A stretch of DNA of 64,000 nt from Alphaproteobacteria bacterium (lineage in GTDB: Bacteria; Pseudomonadota; Alphaproteobacteria; RF32; CAG-239), in assembly GCA_015062235.1 (NCBI GenBank), contig SUUZ01000003.1:94736-158735 (forward strand), in the 5' to 3' direction. The notes under the pieces are model-generated. The model ran no database searches and was not told the origin of the DNA. It worked only from the letters and a program-made list of their open reading frames with translations. Positions 41,740-52,635 of this stretch are shown piece by piece; the first letter of the stretch is position 1; every line of letters starts with the position of its first letter. The position numbers and the translations under genes are program-made.

Positions 41740-44211
41740 ATGACAGAAGATAATGCAAAAAAGAAATTAACATTATCAGGAAAATCTACCCTAACATTAA
41801 AACTAAATGGGGCTGCTAAATCGCAACCATCTGATGGTAAAAAAATAGTTCAAGTAGAAGTTCGTAAAAAAAGAATCATTAATCAGCCTTCAGAAACATC
41901 TGGGGTTCAACCTAAAATTGATGAAGAAACTGCTGCAAAATTAAAACTCATTGCCGAGGCGAAAGAATATGATAATAAACGTCGCCAAGAAGAAGAGGAA
42001 CGCAATATTCTTCGTCAAAAACAAAAAGAAGAAGAGCTCCAAAAGCAAAAAGAAAAAGAGGCTGAAGAGCAACGTATAGCCGAAGAGAAAGCTAAACAAG
42101 AAGCTGAAAAAATTAAAAATGAAGCTATAGTTACAGTTCAGAATGATTCAGAAACTCGTGTTCTTAATAAATTCAAAGAACGCCAAAGAAGAGATTTCGA
42201 TGATGATGACGATGATGAGATAGAAAATACGAAAACAAATAAAAAAGTGTTTTCTAAAGAAGAAGTTTTTGAGCAAGAGCGTAAAAAACAGATAACAAAA
42301 CGTTCTTTTGAAACTCAACGCCGTTCCAATAAAGTAAGCATTCATAATTTTGGCATGGATGAAGAAGACGATGATTATGGTTTTGGATCCCCTCGTCGTA
42401 GATTCAAGAAAAAACAACCAAAACCTGTTGTTCAAAATGTTCCAACAGAAAAAGTAATAAAAGAGGTTATTATCCCTGAAGTTATAACTGTTCAAGAGCT
42501 AGCTAACCGTATGGCAGAAAAATCTGCAGAAGTCATAAAAAAACTCATGTCTTTAGGTGTTATGGCTACAATTAATCAACCAATAGATGCTGATACAGCT
42601 CAAATTATTGTTGAAGAATTCGGTCATAAATATAAGAGAGTTGCCGATAGTGATGTTGAACAAGGTTTATTTGGGGATGAGGATAAAGCTGAACAGTTAC
42701 TTCCCCGAGCTCCAGTAGTAACCGTAATGGGACACGTAGATCATGGTAAAACATCTCTTCTGGATGCACTACGTGAAACTAATGTTGTTGCGAAAGAAGC
42801 AGGAGGTATAACCCAACACATTGGTGCTTATCAAATTACTGTCAAATCAGGTGATAAAATAACATTTATTGATACTCCTGGCCACGAAGCTTTCTCAGAA
42901 ATGCGCGCACGCGGTGCAAAAGTAACTGATATTGTCGTACTTGTTGTTGCCGCAAATGACGGGATTATGCCTCAAACTGTAGAAGCTATTCGTCACGCTC
43001 AAGCGGCAGAAGTTCCTATTGTTGTTGCCATCAATAAAATAGACCTCCCTGGCGCAGACCCAATGAAGGTCAAAACATCTCTTTTACAACATGGTATTGG
43101 TGTTGAAGAAATGGGGGGAGAATGTCTGTGTGCAGAAGTATCTGCTAAAAAACGTATTAATATTGACAAACTTGTTGAAGCAATTTTGCTTCAAGCAGAA
43201 ATGCTTGATCTTAAAGCAAATCCTCAACGTAATGGTGAAGGCGCTGTAATTGAAGCTAAAATGGAAAAAGGTAGAGGAACTGTTATAACAGCTCTTGTTC
43301 AAAGAGGAACATTAAATGTTGGAGATATTTGTATTGCGGGTAAAGAGTGGGGACATGTTCGCGCAATGTTCAATGAACACGGACAAAAACTCCTTTCAGC
43401 TGGTCCAGCTACTCCTGTAGAAATATTAGGCTTACAAGGTACGCCATCTGCTGGTGACGACTTCATTGTTGTTGCAGACGAAGGCAAAGCTAAAGAAATT
43501 ACTGGATATCGTATCCGTAAAGAACGTGAAGCAAAATTAGTTAAATCTGCAAAATCTGCTATGGAACAAATGCTTGATAAGATTAAATCTGGTGAAGTTA
43601 AACATCTTCCAATAATCATAAAGGCAGATGTACAAGGATCTATAGAAGCCATCGAAGGGACTGTATCTAAATTATCAAATGATGAAGTTAGTGTTCAAAT
43701 TTTACACTCAGCCGTTGGTGGAATTTCAGAATCTGATGTTACATTAGCAAAAGCATCTCATGCATTGATTATTGGTTTCAATGTTAGAGCAAATGCACAA
43801 GCTCGTGATATGGCACGACGTGATGATGTTGAAATAAAATATTATTCAATTATCTATGACGTTCTTGACGATATCAAGAAAGGACTAGAAGGAATGTTAT
43901 CACCAGAACTACGAGAAAAATTACTTGGATACGCTGAAATACGTGAAGTTTATAACATCACAGGTGTTGGTAAGGTTGGCGGATGTATGGTTACCGAAGG
44001 AATGGTAAAACGAGGAGCAAAAATTCGTTTACTTCGTGACAACGTTGTTATCCACGACGGAGCTATCGGTCAACTTAAACGATTTAAAGATGATGTTAAA
44101 GAAGTTAAAGAAGGTTTTGAGTGTGGTATTTCATTTGAAAATTACAATGACATTCAAAAGGGAGACTTTATTGAATGTTACGAAATTGAGGAAATAGCTG
44201 CAAAACTCTAA
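41740..44211 (+). CDS. infB: Translation initiation factor IF-2
   Basis: Lys/Glu-rich N-terminus, G-domain '[14 protein letters not shown]…DTPGHEAF…NKID', C-terminal beta-barrels. Confidence 0.96.
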   Translation: MTEDNAKKKLTLSGKSTLTLKLNGAAKSQPSDGKKIVQVEVRKKRIINQPSETSGVQPKIDEETAAKLKLIAEAKEYDNKRRQEEEERNILRQKQKEEELQKQKEKEAEEQRIAEEKAKQEAEKIKNEAIVTVQNDSETRVLNKFKERQRRDFDDDDDDEIENTKTNKKVFSKEEVFEQERKKQITKRSFETQRRSNKVSIHNFGMDEEDDDYGFGSPRRRFKKKQPKPVVQNVPTEKVIKEVIIPEVITVQELANRMAEKSAEVIKKLMSLGVMATINQPIDADTAQIIVEEFGHKYKRVADSDVEQGLFGDEDKAEQLLPRAPVVTVMGHVDHGKTSLLDALRETNVVAKEAGGITQHIGAYQITVKSGDKITFIDTPGHEAFSEMRARGAKVTDIVVLVVAANDGIMPQTVEAIRHAQAAEVPIVVAINKIDLPGADPMKVKTSLLQHGIGVEEMGGECLCAEVSAKKRINIDKLVEAILLQAEMLDLKANPQRNGEGAVIEAKMEKGRGTVITALVQRGTLNVGDICIAGKEWGHVRAMFNEHGQKLLSAGPATPVEILGLQGTPSAGDDFIVVADEGKAKEITGYRIRKEREAKLVKSAKSAMEQMLDKIKSGEVKHLPIIIKADVQGSIEAIEGTVSKLSNDEVSVQILHSAVGGISESDVTLAKASHALIIGFNVRANAQARDMARRDDVEIKYYSIIYDVLDDIKKGLEGMLSPELREKLLGYAEIREVYNITGVGKVGGCMVTEGMVKRGAKIRLLRDNVVIHDGAIGQLKRFKDDVKEVKEGFECGISFENYNDIQKGDFIECYEIEEIAAKL

Positions 44212-44221
44212 TCATAAAATA

Positions 44222-44252
44222 AAACCCTACATCAAATGTAGGGTTTTATTTT
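44222..44252 (+). terminator. Terminator after infB
   Basis: AAACCCTACAT-caa-ATGTAGGGTTTTATTTT. Confidence 0.7.
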
Positions 44253-44268
44253 ATGTAATATTTTCTTA

Positions 44269-45375
44269 TCAACCATCTTCCAGATGAAGCAATAATGAAA
44301 TAGATAATAGCATCGCTATAGTCGTTGGAGCAATAACAGCCAATCCCACAGGTATGCCTCCATTAATACCCATAGCATAAATAATCTGTGTCAAAAAATA
44401 AGCAGAAAAACCCGTAACAATTCCACCAACAATTAAAAACATTACTCCCCCTCTACGATTATTTGGTCTCAAAGCAAATACTGCAGCCATAAAAATCATT
44501 GAAACCAAAAACAAAGGAGAAACAAATAACGACCAAAACCTCATCTGATGCCGTGTAACTGCAAAGCCAGACTTATCATAAAAACTAATAACTCGCGGTA
44601 AATCCCAAAACGATATAGCCTCAGGCTCAACAAAATTTTCTTCTATTTTATTAATATCCAACACCGTCTCATAACGCATATTACCAACAGATTCTATGGG
44701 CTTACCTTCTGTATAAACACTAACATCCCTAAGATCAAAAAAACCTTTCTCTAATACAGCAGCAAAAGCTTCTATTCTTCTAATTGGATGTGACTTTTTA
44801 TCCATTTCAATTATAGTAACACCACGCAACAATAAATCATTATTTTCTGGATGCAAAGATTTAGCCTGTAGAACCATAACTTTATCATCTGCTATAGCCT
44901 CTCTAATCCATAAACCTTGATCTGAAAAAGACATTGCTGACATATTCTTAGTATCCATTCTTCGTTCTAGAGTTTCAAACATACCATACAAATTAGCAGC
45001 TATTGGATTTACAAACACAACATTAACAATACCAATACCTAGTGTCGCAACACAAATTGGTATGAGGAAACCCCATATAGAAACTCCTGCCGCCCGCATT
45101 ACAACAAATTCACTTGTCTTGCTTAATTTCCAAAATGTTATCATTGCAGCAATCATAACAACAAAAGGAAAAACCTGTTCAGCTGTTTTAGGCAATCTCG
45201 CAACAGCCAGCTGAACTGCAAACCATATCCCAAATTCTGGCATGCCTGAAATACGTCGCAAGCGTTCAACCATCTCAAATAAAAATATTATTCCTAAGAT
45301 AACCATCAACACACCAAGAAAGTTTAAAACAATCTGGCGAGTTAAATAACGACCCAAAATAGAGGTAGGTTTCAT
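44269..45375 (-). CDS. lptG: LptF/LptG-family LPS export permease
   Basis: YjgP/YjgQ architecture: six TM helices with a periplasmic beta-jellyroll domain. Which paralog it is (LptF or LptG) is uncertain. Confidence 0.75.
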   Translation of the reverse strand: MKPTSILGRYLTRQIVLNFLGVLMVILGIIFLFEMVERLRRISGMPEFGIWFAVQLAVARLPKTAEQVFPFVVMIAAMITFWKLSKTSEFVVMRAAGVSIWGFLIPICVATLGIGIVNVVFVNPIAANLYGMFETLERRMDTKNMSAMSFSDQGLWIREAIADDKVMVLQAKSLHPENNDLLLRGVTIIEMDKKSHPIRRIEAFAAVLEKGFFDLRDVSVYTEGKPIESVGNMRYETVLDINKIEENFVEPEAISFWDLPRVISFYDKSGFAVTRHQMRFWSLFVSPLFLVSMIFMAAVFALRPNNRRGGVMFLIVGGIVTGFSAYFLTQIIYAMGINGGIPVGLAVIAPTTIAMLLSISLLLHLEDG

Positions 45376-45487
45376 AAAATTTTCTTCATCATAAAACAGT
45401 TAAATATAACCCATAGCTTAGGCAAAAAATGCTTTTTTTGCAAGACATAATTAAAATATTCAGACTATACTTGCTTTTATCAACAAT

Positions 45488-46408
45488 CTAAAGAGCTGAC
45501 AAATAATTATTAATAGCATCTGGTAGAATGACAACTATATTTTTATTCCTAAAATTATCCCTTAATGCAACATCAACAGCTGCAACCATAGCTGCTCCTG
45601 CAGATGGCCCTATAGGAAGCCCCTCCGTCTGAGCTACAGCTCTAGCCATATCCCAAGCATCTTCATCATCAACATCAAAAACCTCATCAACAAATTTTAT
45701 ATCATATAGTGGTGGCACAAAGCCTGCGCCAATACCTGGAATGTTATGCGATCCTCGCTGTCCATTATTCAATACATTACTAGCATTGGGCTCAACAGCA
45801 ACAACATGTAAATCTGAATTTATAGTTTTTAATGCTTTTGCTACCCCCATTAATGTCCCAGAAGTACCCACCGCCGAAATAATTACATCAACCTTTCCGC
45901 CCATATCCGCTAAAATCTCAGTACTTGTACTAAACAGATGAGCTTCAACATTTGATATGTTTTCAAATTGCTTCAACATAATAACTTTGTCAGATTTTTT
46001 AGCCAATATCTCTGCTTTTGCAATTGCCCCTCTCATACCATCTTCTTTAGGGGTTAATATTACATCTGCGCCTAAGTGTTTTACCATCTTAATTTTTTCA
46101 ATTGATGTATTATCTGGCATTACCAACAATGATTTAAGTCCTTTAGATGCACATACAGCAGCTATAGCTACGCCAATATTACCACTAGTAGCTTCAACAA
46201 ATATTGTTTTATCATCTACGTCTGTTTTACTAATAACATCATCAATCATTTTTAAAGCAGCTCTATCCTTTATTGAAAATAAAGGATTATAAAATTCACA
46301 TTTACCAAAAATACAAGCCCGAAGATTAAGCTTTTCTTTTAATCGTGCAAACTCAAACATTGGTGTATTACCAACCATTTTTGCAATAGAATCATAAACT
46401 CTACGCAT
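45488..46408 (-). CDS. cysK: Cysteine synthase (O-acetylserine sulfhydrylase)
   Basis: 'SIKDRAALKMI' PLP-lysine motif and 'ATSGNIGVAIA'; 306 aa. Confidence 0.88.
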   Translation of the reverse strand: MRRVYDSIAKMVGNTPMFEFARLKEKLNLRACIFGKCEFYNPLFSIKDRAALKMIDDVISKTDVDDKTIFVEATSGNIGVAIAAVCASKGLKSLLVMPDNTSIEKIKMVKHLGADVILTPKEDGMRGAIAKAEILAKKSDKVIMLKQFENISNVEAHLFSTSTEILADMGGKVDVIISAVGTSGTLMGVAKALKTINSDLHVVAVEPNASNVLNNGQRGSHNIPGIGAGFVPPLYDIKFVDEVFDVDDEDAWDMARAVAQTEGLPIGPSAGAAMVAAVDVALRDNFRNKNIVVILPDAINNYLSAL

Positions 46409-46512
46409 AAAATTAACCTCTCTAATTGTTTATAAAGCTTAAAAATATATAGACCTATATAACAGGAATCTGCTACAATTGCAAACATTAAATAATATTA
46501 CAGACTAGTAAA

Positions 46513-47082
46513 ATGAAACTCTCTAAAATACTATTTTTAACAAGCATAATAACATTATTTTTTCCTAATTTTGTTATAGCTTCAAGTCTTGATGATCTTT
46601 ATCGTGACATTATTCGTTCCGATAACAGTGGTTATTTGCCTTTATTCGTTAAAAATCGTCAAGCTCCCATTATCTTAATTGAAGAAGATGATCTGCTTGC
46701 AATAGAAAAAAATGAGAGAACAGCAAATACCAAAGATAATATTCCTGTAAAATTATCAAATGATATAAACAAACGCTCTGCCCTTGCGAAAGCTCGCCAA
46801 CTTCAATGGCTTAAAACTATAGCTGCTATAAAATCAAACCAAGTTACTCCCTTAGAACTTCAAGATATAACTTCTCGTGTAAAAGAAAACGACCCTAAAG
46901 CTACAGAAATTTTAGCTTGGATGTATACAACTGGAACAGGAGTATCTACAGACTTTATTGAAGCATTTAAGCTTTACCAAAAGGCCGCTCAATTAAACGT
47001 TACTAACGCAGAAAAAAATGCTTTAATTATATACAAATCAATGAATGACGAACAAAGACGCAAGGTTAAAAATCGGTATTAA
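46513..47082 (+). CDS. Secreted Sel1-like (TPR-like) repeat protein
   Basis: Signal peptide; 'ATEILAWMYTTGTGVSTDFIEAFKLYQKAAQ' is a Sel1 repeat. Confidence 0.55.
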   Translation: MKLSKILFLTSIITLFFPNFVIASSLDDLYRDIIRSDNSGYLPLFVKNRQAPIILIEEDDLLAIEKNERTANTKDNIPVKLSNDINKRSALAKARQLQWLKTIAAIKSNQVTPLELQDITSRVKENDPKATEILAWMYTTGTGVSTDFIEAFKLYQKAAQLNVTNAEKNALIIYKSMNDEQRRKVKNRY

Positions 47083-47744
47083 GAAATCTCTTCTGCTTCT
47101 TTTATCAATTCCCTAACAAAACCTTTAAGGCCAACTTGACGAACTCGCTTCATACGTTCACCTGAAATAATTTTTTGAATTTTAGTCACCGTTTCATGTA
47201 AGCTCACATTAACAATGACATAATCAAATTCATCCCAATGACTAACTTTATCCAAAATTATTCCCATTCTCTTTTCAATAACTTCTTTGCTATCAGTTTT
47301 CCGACCCTCTAGACGATTGCGTAACTCTTTAATTGATGGAGGTAATAAATATATTGTAACCACATCACTTCCTGCTTTTTCTTTCATTTGTCTTGCGCCA
47401 GCCCAATCCATATCAAATAAAACATCTTGCCCGACGTTAATAAAACTATCAACTTCTGAACGCAAAGTCCCATAACGAGACCCATACTGTGAATCGACAT
47501 ATTCATAAAAAGCATCTTGTTTTAAAAATTCATCATATTGTTGATCCGTAACAAAATAATAATCCACACCTTCAACCTCACAATCTCTAGGTTCCCTAGT
47601 AGTGACTGAAACTGAAAATTTTATATTGCTATCACTTTTTAACAACTCTTTAATAACAGTCCCTTTGCCTGTACCTGAAGGGGCCTCAATAATAAACATT
47701 GCACCTTTTCTAACTTTACGCAAACGATCTATAATCTCATCCAT
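47079..47744 (-). CDS. gmk: Guanylate kinase
   Basis: P-loop 'IIEAPSGTGKGTV' and GMP-binding residues. Confidence 0.88.
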   Translation of the reverse strand: MDEIIDRLRKVRKGAMFIIEAPSGTGKGTVIKELLKSDSNIKFSVSVTTREPRDCEVEGVDYYFVTDQQYDEFLKQDAFYEYVDSQYGSRYGTLRSEVDSFINVGQDVLFDMDWAGARQMKEKAGSDVVTIYLLPPSIKELRNRLEGRKTDSKEVIEKRMGIILDKVSHWDEFDYVIVNVSLHETVTKIQKIISGERMKRVRQVGLKGFVRELIKEAEEIS

Positions 47745-47758
47745 AATTAAACTCCCTT

Positions 47759-48661
47759 TTATTCTATATTTTGAACTTGTTCTCTAAATTGTTCTATAAG
47801 AGCCTTAAGCTCCATTCCCAAGTTTGTAACCAAAATATCTGTAGCTTTTGAACACGTTGTATTTGCTTCACGATTAAGTTCTTGACACAAAAAATCTAAT
47901 CTCCTACCAACAGCATCTTTCGCCTCTAATAAACTATAAGCAGATTTTATATGTGTCTTTAGGCGGTCAACCTCTTCCCTTATATCTGCCCTTGTAACAA
48001 GCAAAACAATTTCTTGCGCTATGCGTTCTTCATTAATATTAATATCTTTAGCATACTGTTGCAACTGAGTGTCAAGCTTTTCTTTTAATTTTAAAGGTAA
48101 TTGTTCAGCAATATTTTCAATATTTTTTACCACTATATCTATTTTAGCTAATATTGCTAATAAAACTTCCTTTATTTTTCTACCTTCTTTTTGACGATCT
48201 TGCTGCAACAAATTACAAACAGACACAAAATCATCCACAATCTTATCTTTTAATTGAACTAAGTTCTCATCGCTTATACTGCTTTCCTCTAGTTCCACAA
48301 CACCTCTTAATCCTAGAAGTTCAGCCGCCGATGGACTAGCTATCTGTCCTTCAAATTTTTGAGATAACTCAACAGCTTTCAATGTCAAACTATCAAGTAG
48401 CTCTTCATCTATCTTAACTCTTTTAGTATTATTTTCACAAACTACATCTAAAAAAACACTAACACTACCTCGGCTTAAAACATCTGCAGCTTTAGGTTTT
48501 AAAATCAAAGCTAAATCGTCATAACCCATAGGCAAACGATACTTTATATCCAACCCTTTACCATTAACACTTTTAACTTCCCAACTCCAAGAAACATTAT
48601 TGTCATTAGATGATAATGCACCATTAATTCTTGCAAAACCAGTCATACTTGCTATACTCAA
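47759..48661 (-). CDS. yicC: YicC-family stress-induced protein
   Basis: 'MTGFARINGALSSNDNNVSWSWEVKSVNGKGLDIKYRLP' is an N-terminal YicC domain, with a DUF1732-like C-terminus. Confidence 0.8.
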   Translation of the reverse strand: MSIASMTGFARINGALSSNDNNVSWSWEVKSVNGKGLDIKYRLPMGYDDLALILKPKAADVLSRGSVSVFLDVVCENNTKRVKIDEELLDSLTLKAVELSQKFEGQIASPSAAELLGLRGVVELEESSISDENLVQLKDKIVDDFVSVCNLLQQDRQKEGRKIKEVLLAILAKIDIVVKNIENIAEQLPLKLKEKLDTQLQQYAKDININEERIAQEIVLLVTRADIREEVDRLKTHIKSAYSLLEAKDAVGRRLDFLCQELNREANTTCSKATDILVTNLGMELKALIEQFREQVQNIE

Positions 48662-48739
48662 AGCTCAAGATCCCTTTAATTATTTTAAAACTGAAATAAT
48701 TATATATAAAAAAGTTTAATAAGTTTTTAAGGAGGCAAA

Positions 48740-49501
48740 ATGTCAAAATTTTCCCACATTTTAATCACTGGAGCATCATCAGGTATCGGGGAAGCTCTAG
48801 CTTTACACTATGCCTCAAAAGGAACAAAACTTTTATCTATTTGTGGTCGAAACGAAGAACGTTTAGAAATTGTTGCTAAAATATGTCGTCAAAAAGGATG
48901 TGAAGTTGAAACCAAAATATTGGATGTAACAAATAAAGAAGATGTTCATAATTGGATTATCGAAAGCAATAAAAAAATGCCTTTAAACCTGGTATTTGCA
49001 AATGCTGGTGTTGCTACCCTACAAGAAACTACTGAAAATGTTCACCGAACATTTAACATTAACGTAATGGGAATTGTAAATACCATACTACCCACTATTG
49101 AAATATTTAAACAAGCCCCATTATCCCAAACAAAACACATTGCTATAACATCATCCATAGCAGGATATCATGGAATGCCAACATGTCCTTCCTATTCAGC
49201 ATCTAAAGCTTGTATCAAAGCTTGGGGGGAAGGACTGCGCTTAAACTTAAAGGATAGCGGAATTAATGTTTCAACTATATGTCCTGGATTCGTGCGTTCT
49301 CGCATAACAGATAAAAATACATGCCCTATGCCTTTTTTTATGGAAGCTGATAAAGCTGCTCAAATTATCGCCTCTAACATAGAAAAAAACATCGGATTAA
49401 TTTCCTTTCCTTGGCAAATGCGCTTTGCTACTTGGCTAGGATCTATATTACCTAATCGTATAAGTGATTTTATTTATTCAAAACTTCCTTATAAAGTCTA
49501 G
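48740..49501 (+). CDS. SDR-family oxidoreductase
   Basis: 'ILITGASSGIGEALA' Rossmann motif and a YxxxK catalytic dyad. Confidence 0.8.
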   Translation: MSKFSHILITGASSGIGEALALHYASKGTKLLSICGRNEERLEIVAKICRQKGCEVETKILDVTNKEDVHNWIIESNKKMPLNLVFANAGVATLQETTENVHRTFNINVMGIVNTILPTIEIFKQAPLSQTKHIAITSSIAGYHGMPTCPSYSASKACIKAWGEGLRLNLKDSGINVSTICPGFVRSRITDKNTCPMPFFMEADKAAQIIASNIEKNIGLISFPWQMRFATWLGSILPNRISDFIYSKLPYKV

Positions 49502-50760
49502 TAAACGTTTATAGCCCTAGCTCTAATAAGATACCACAAAATTAACAACCCTGGCAATGCCATCAAGGTTGTTACCACAAAAAACCACTGCCAAGAAAGT
49601 GTAATAGCTACAAAACCTGAAGTAGCTGCAAATAAATCTCTTGCTGCCCCCATAAATGATGATAACAAAGCATATTGTGTTGCCGTATATTTTCTATTAC
49701 ATAATGCTGATAAATACGCTACAAATGCTGCTGTCCCCATTCCTCCAGAAATATTTTCAACAAAAATATTAAACATTAAAATCTCAACATTATTCCCAGC
49801 ATAAAATTGCCCCACATAAACAAGGTTAGATAACCCCTGTAAAAATCCACAAACAACTAATGAACGAACCAAACCTACTCTTTTTACAACAACACCACCT
49901 ACTAATGTTCCAATAATTGTCGCCACTACTCCATATATCTTAATAATTGAAGCAATCTGAATCTTAGTAAAACCTATATCATCAAAAAAGGGATAAGCCA
50001 TTGGCGCAACATACGCATCACTCATACGATAAAAAAAGATAAATAATAGAATAAATACCCATTTATCTCTTTTCATAAAATCCGAAAAAGGTTTTACTAC
50101 AGCATTTACAATGGTTGCTCGCAAGGTATAAGGATGAGATGCTTTATTGTTTTTTGGCTCTTGAGAAAACATTATCGTAACAAGTCCCACTAGCACACCC
50201 AAAGCCATAATTTGATAAACATACGCCCAACTTAATAACGTTGCTAAAAATAAAGCTCCAGCACCTGAAAACAAAGTACCAAACCGATACCCTAAAACAA
50301 ACACCGCTACAGCTGCTGCCTGCTCCTTAGACTTGAATTTCTCAATACGATAAGCATCCAAAACTATATCTTGAGACGCAGAAAAAAGAGCCGTTAAAAA
50401 TACCCAAACAACAAAAAGTATCGGAGAAACTTTAGGACTGGTTATAGACATAAAAAATAACGACACAATAAGCAAAATCTGTAAAAATACAGCCCACCCA
50501 CGCCTGCGTCCTAATTTCGAAAAAAAAGGTAAAGAAAATTGATCTATAACTGGTGAAACCAACCACTTAAAACTATACGGAGCTTTAACTATAGAAAATA
50601 ATCCTATAGTAACTAGCGATATACCAGCATCTTTTAGCCACAAAGATAATGTCGAAGACACTAACAAAAACGGCAACCCTGACACAAACCCCAACAACAA
50701 CATAACCAACATTCTTTTGTCGGCATAAATTTTTAATGATCTAATCCATTTTAAAAACAC
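49498..50760 (-). CDS. ampG: AmpG-family muropeptide MFS permease
   Basis: 12-TM MFS; 'LLGFVSGLPFLLVSSTLSLWLKDAGISL' is an AmpG-like N-terminus. Confidence 0.75.
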   Translation of the reverse strand: MFLKWIRSLKIYADKRMLVMLLLGFVSGLPFLLVSSTLSLWLKDAGISLVTIGLFSIVKAPYSFKWLVSPVIDQFSLPFFSKLGRRRGWAVFLQILLIVSLFFMSITSPKVSPILFVVWVFLTALFSASQDIVLDAYRIEKFKSKEQAAAVAVFVLGYRFGTLFSGAGALFLATLLSWAYVYQIMALGVLVGLVTIMFSQEPKNNKASHPYTLRATIVNAVVKPFSDFMKRDKWVFILLFIFFYRMSDAYVAPMAYPFFDDIGFTKIQIASIIKIYGVVATIIGTLVGGVVVKRVGLVRSLVVCGFLQGLSNLVYVGQFYAGNNVEILMFNIFVENISGGMGTAAFVAYLSALCNRKYTATQYALLSSFMGAARDLFAATSGFVAITLSWQWFFVVTTLMALPGLLILWYLIRARAINVY

Positions 50761-50825
50761 ACATATCTCCTATAGTAATGTCTCTAACATAAAACAAAAT
50801 AAATAAAATTTAATTAAAAAAACAA

Positions 50826-50848
50826 CCTCCAATAAAAATATTGGAGAT
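50826..50848 (-). terminator. Rho-independent terminator of the hydrogenase operon
   Basis: CTCCAATA-aaaa-TATTGGAG perfect 8-bp stem. On the minus strand it is followed by GTTGTTTTTTT. Confidence 0.65.
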
Positions 50849-50870
50849 TGCTTTTTCGCTTCAATCAAAA

Positions 50871-52634
50871 TCATTTATAAAGATTTCTTTGACGATATTT
50901 AGTATGCAACAACTCATGAGACTTACCCTCCCCTGGTTGCCCCAAAAATTCCGTATAAACTTGCTTAACCTCTTCATTATGATGAGATAAACGATTCTTC
51001 GCTTTTTCATCTTCACAATTTAACCCCAAGGAACGTTTTTTACGAATTTCATCAGTAATACCCCACGGTTTTGGTAAATTGTGCATCATAACTTTAGGCT
51101 GCCCACCTCCAGCAATGCACCCTCCAGGACAAGCCATAACTTCTATAAAATGATAAGGTAAATCTTCACCAGCATCATGGGCAGTTTTAATTTCAGCCAT
51201 AATATCCTCTACGTTACCAACACCATTAACAACAGCTATACGGATTTTAGTACCATTAATATCTACTTCAGCAACTTTAACACCTTCAAGCCCTTCAATA
51301 GCCTCAAAATTCAAATTTCCTAGCTCTTCTCCTGTGATATAAAAATATGCAGTACGTAAAGCCGCCGTCATCACACCGCCAGTAACACCAAAGATGGTAG
51401 CTGCACCAGAATATTCTCCCAACGGGCTGTCAGCAGGTTCTTCCTTCAATGACTTAAAGTTAATACCTGCTTGGCGAATCATTTTAGCTAACTCACGAGT
51501 AGTCAAAACAACATCAACATCTTGATATCCTGATGATGACATAGATTCATGACGTCTCACTTCCCATTTTTTAGCTGTACAAGGCATAATCGATACAACC
51601 TTAATCTTTGATGCATCCACACCAATTTTTTGAGCATAATATGTTTTTGCCAAAGCACCAACCATCTGGTGAGGAGATTTACAAGATGACAAGTTCGACA
51701 AATTTTCTGGATAGTATTTTTCAATATAATCTACCCATGCTGGACAACAAGATGTGAACATTGGCAAATTATCATTAGCTGTAAAGCGTTTTACAAATTC
51801 ACTTGCTTCTTCAATAATTGTCAAATCAGCACCAAAATTTGTATCAAACACCTTGTTAAAACCAAGACGTCTCAAAGCGGCATAGATTTTTTCGGTCAAG
51901 TTTGCACCAAAATCATAACCAAATTCTTCACCCAAAGCCACTCTAACTGCTGGAGCAATTTGTACAACTGTAATTGTTTCTTTATCCTTTATCATATCCC
52001 ACACTTTTTGTGTTTCATCATATTCTACAATTGCTCCTGTAGGACAATGAGCAGCACATTGTCCACACTTAATACAAGGGGTATCTGCTAACTTTGCATC
52101 ATTTGCCCCTGTTATTTTTGTTGCAAGTCCTCTATTAAGATAACTCAGAGCCCAAACATTTTGAATATTCTGACAAATATCTACACAACGTCCACAAACG
52201 ATACACTTAGCAGGATCAAGAACAACCGCCTGAGTTGAAACATCAAGCTCCTCTTCATCAACTATTTTTTCAATTTCATCCCTATCAATTCCTATTTGCA
52301 TAGCCATATCTTGCAGCTCACATTGTCCATTTCTAGCACATTGTAAACAATGATTTGGATGATTACTTAAAATAAGCTCTAAAACCGTTTTTCTTGTTTC
52401 ACGCAACTCTACATCATTGGTAATAACTTCCATACCCTCACTAACAGGAGTACAACAAGAACGCATAATTCTTCCACCAACTTTAACTATACACATTCCA
52501 CATCCTGCAGACGGATCAACATCTGGATGTTTACATAAAGTAGGTATATCTACATTAGCACTACGAGCAGCATCCAAAATACTAGTACCTGCTTCAACTT
52601 CAACTTCTACATCATCTATTTTAAGCTTCACCAT
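50871..52634 (-). CDS. hydA: [FeFe]-hydrogenase catalytic subunit (HydA/HndD-type, M3 architecture)
   Basis: All three H-cluster motifs are present: L1 'FTSCCPAWV', L2 'MPCTAKKWE', L3 'EVMACPGGCIAGGGQP'. The N-terminus has a [2Fe-2S] ferredoxin-like domain, a His-ligated 'HPNHCLQCARNGQC' cluster and two 4Fe-4S motifs (CIVCGRCVDIC, CIKCGQCAAHCP). There is a C-terminal small-subunit-like extension. The start (MVKLK) follows a GAGGAG ribosome-binding site. Confidence 0.9.
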   Translation of the reverse strand: MVKLKIDDVEVEVEAGTSILDAARSANVDIPTLCKHPDVDPSAGCGMCIVKVGGRIMRSCCTPVSEGMEVITNDVELRETRKTVLELILSNHPNHCLQCARNGQCELQDMAMQIGIDRDEIEKIVDEEELDVSTQAVVLDPAKCIVCGRCVDICQNIQNVWALSYLNRGLATKITGANDAKLADTPCIKCGQCAAHCPTGAIVEYDETQKVWDMIKDKETITVVQIAPAVRVALGEEFGYDFGANLTEKIYAALRRLGFNKVFDTNFGADLTIIEEASEFVKRFTANDNLPMFTSCCPAWVDYIEKYYPENLSNLSSCKSPHQMVGALAKTYYAQKIGVDASKIKVVSIMPCTAKKWEVRRHESMSSSGYQDVDVVLTTRELAKMIRQAGINFKSLKEEPADSPLGEYSGAATIFGVTGGVMTAALRTAYFYITGEELGNLNFEAIEGLEGVKVAEVDINGTKIRIAVVNGVGNVEDIMAEIKTAHDAGEDLPYHFIEVMACPGGCIAGGGQPKVMMHNLPKPWGITDEIRKKRSLGLNCEDEKAKNRLSHHNEEVKQVYTEFLGQPGEGKSHELLHTKYRQRNLYK

Positions 52635-52635
52635 A

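Noticed and set aside
42148-42495. 115-aa minus-strand ORF
   Set aside because: It is antisense to the Lys/Glu-rich N-terminal region of infB and is an artefact of AT-rich codon repeats.
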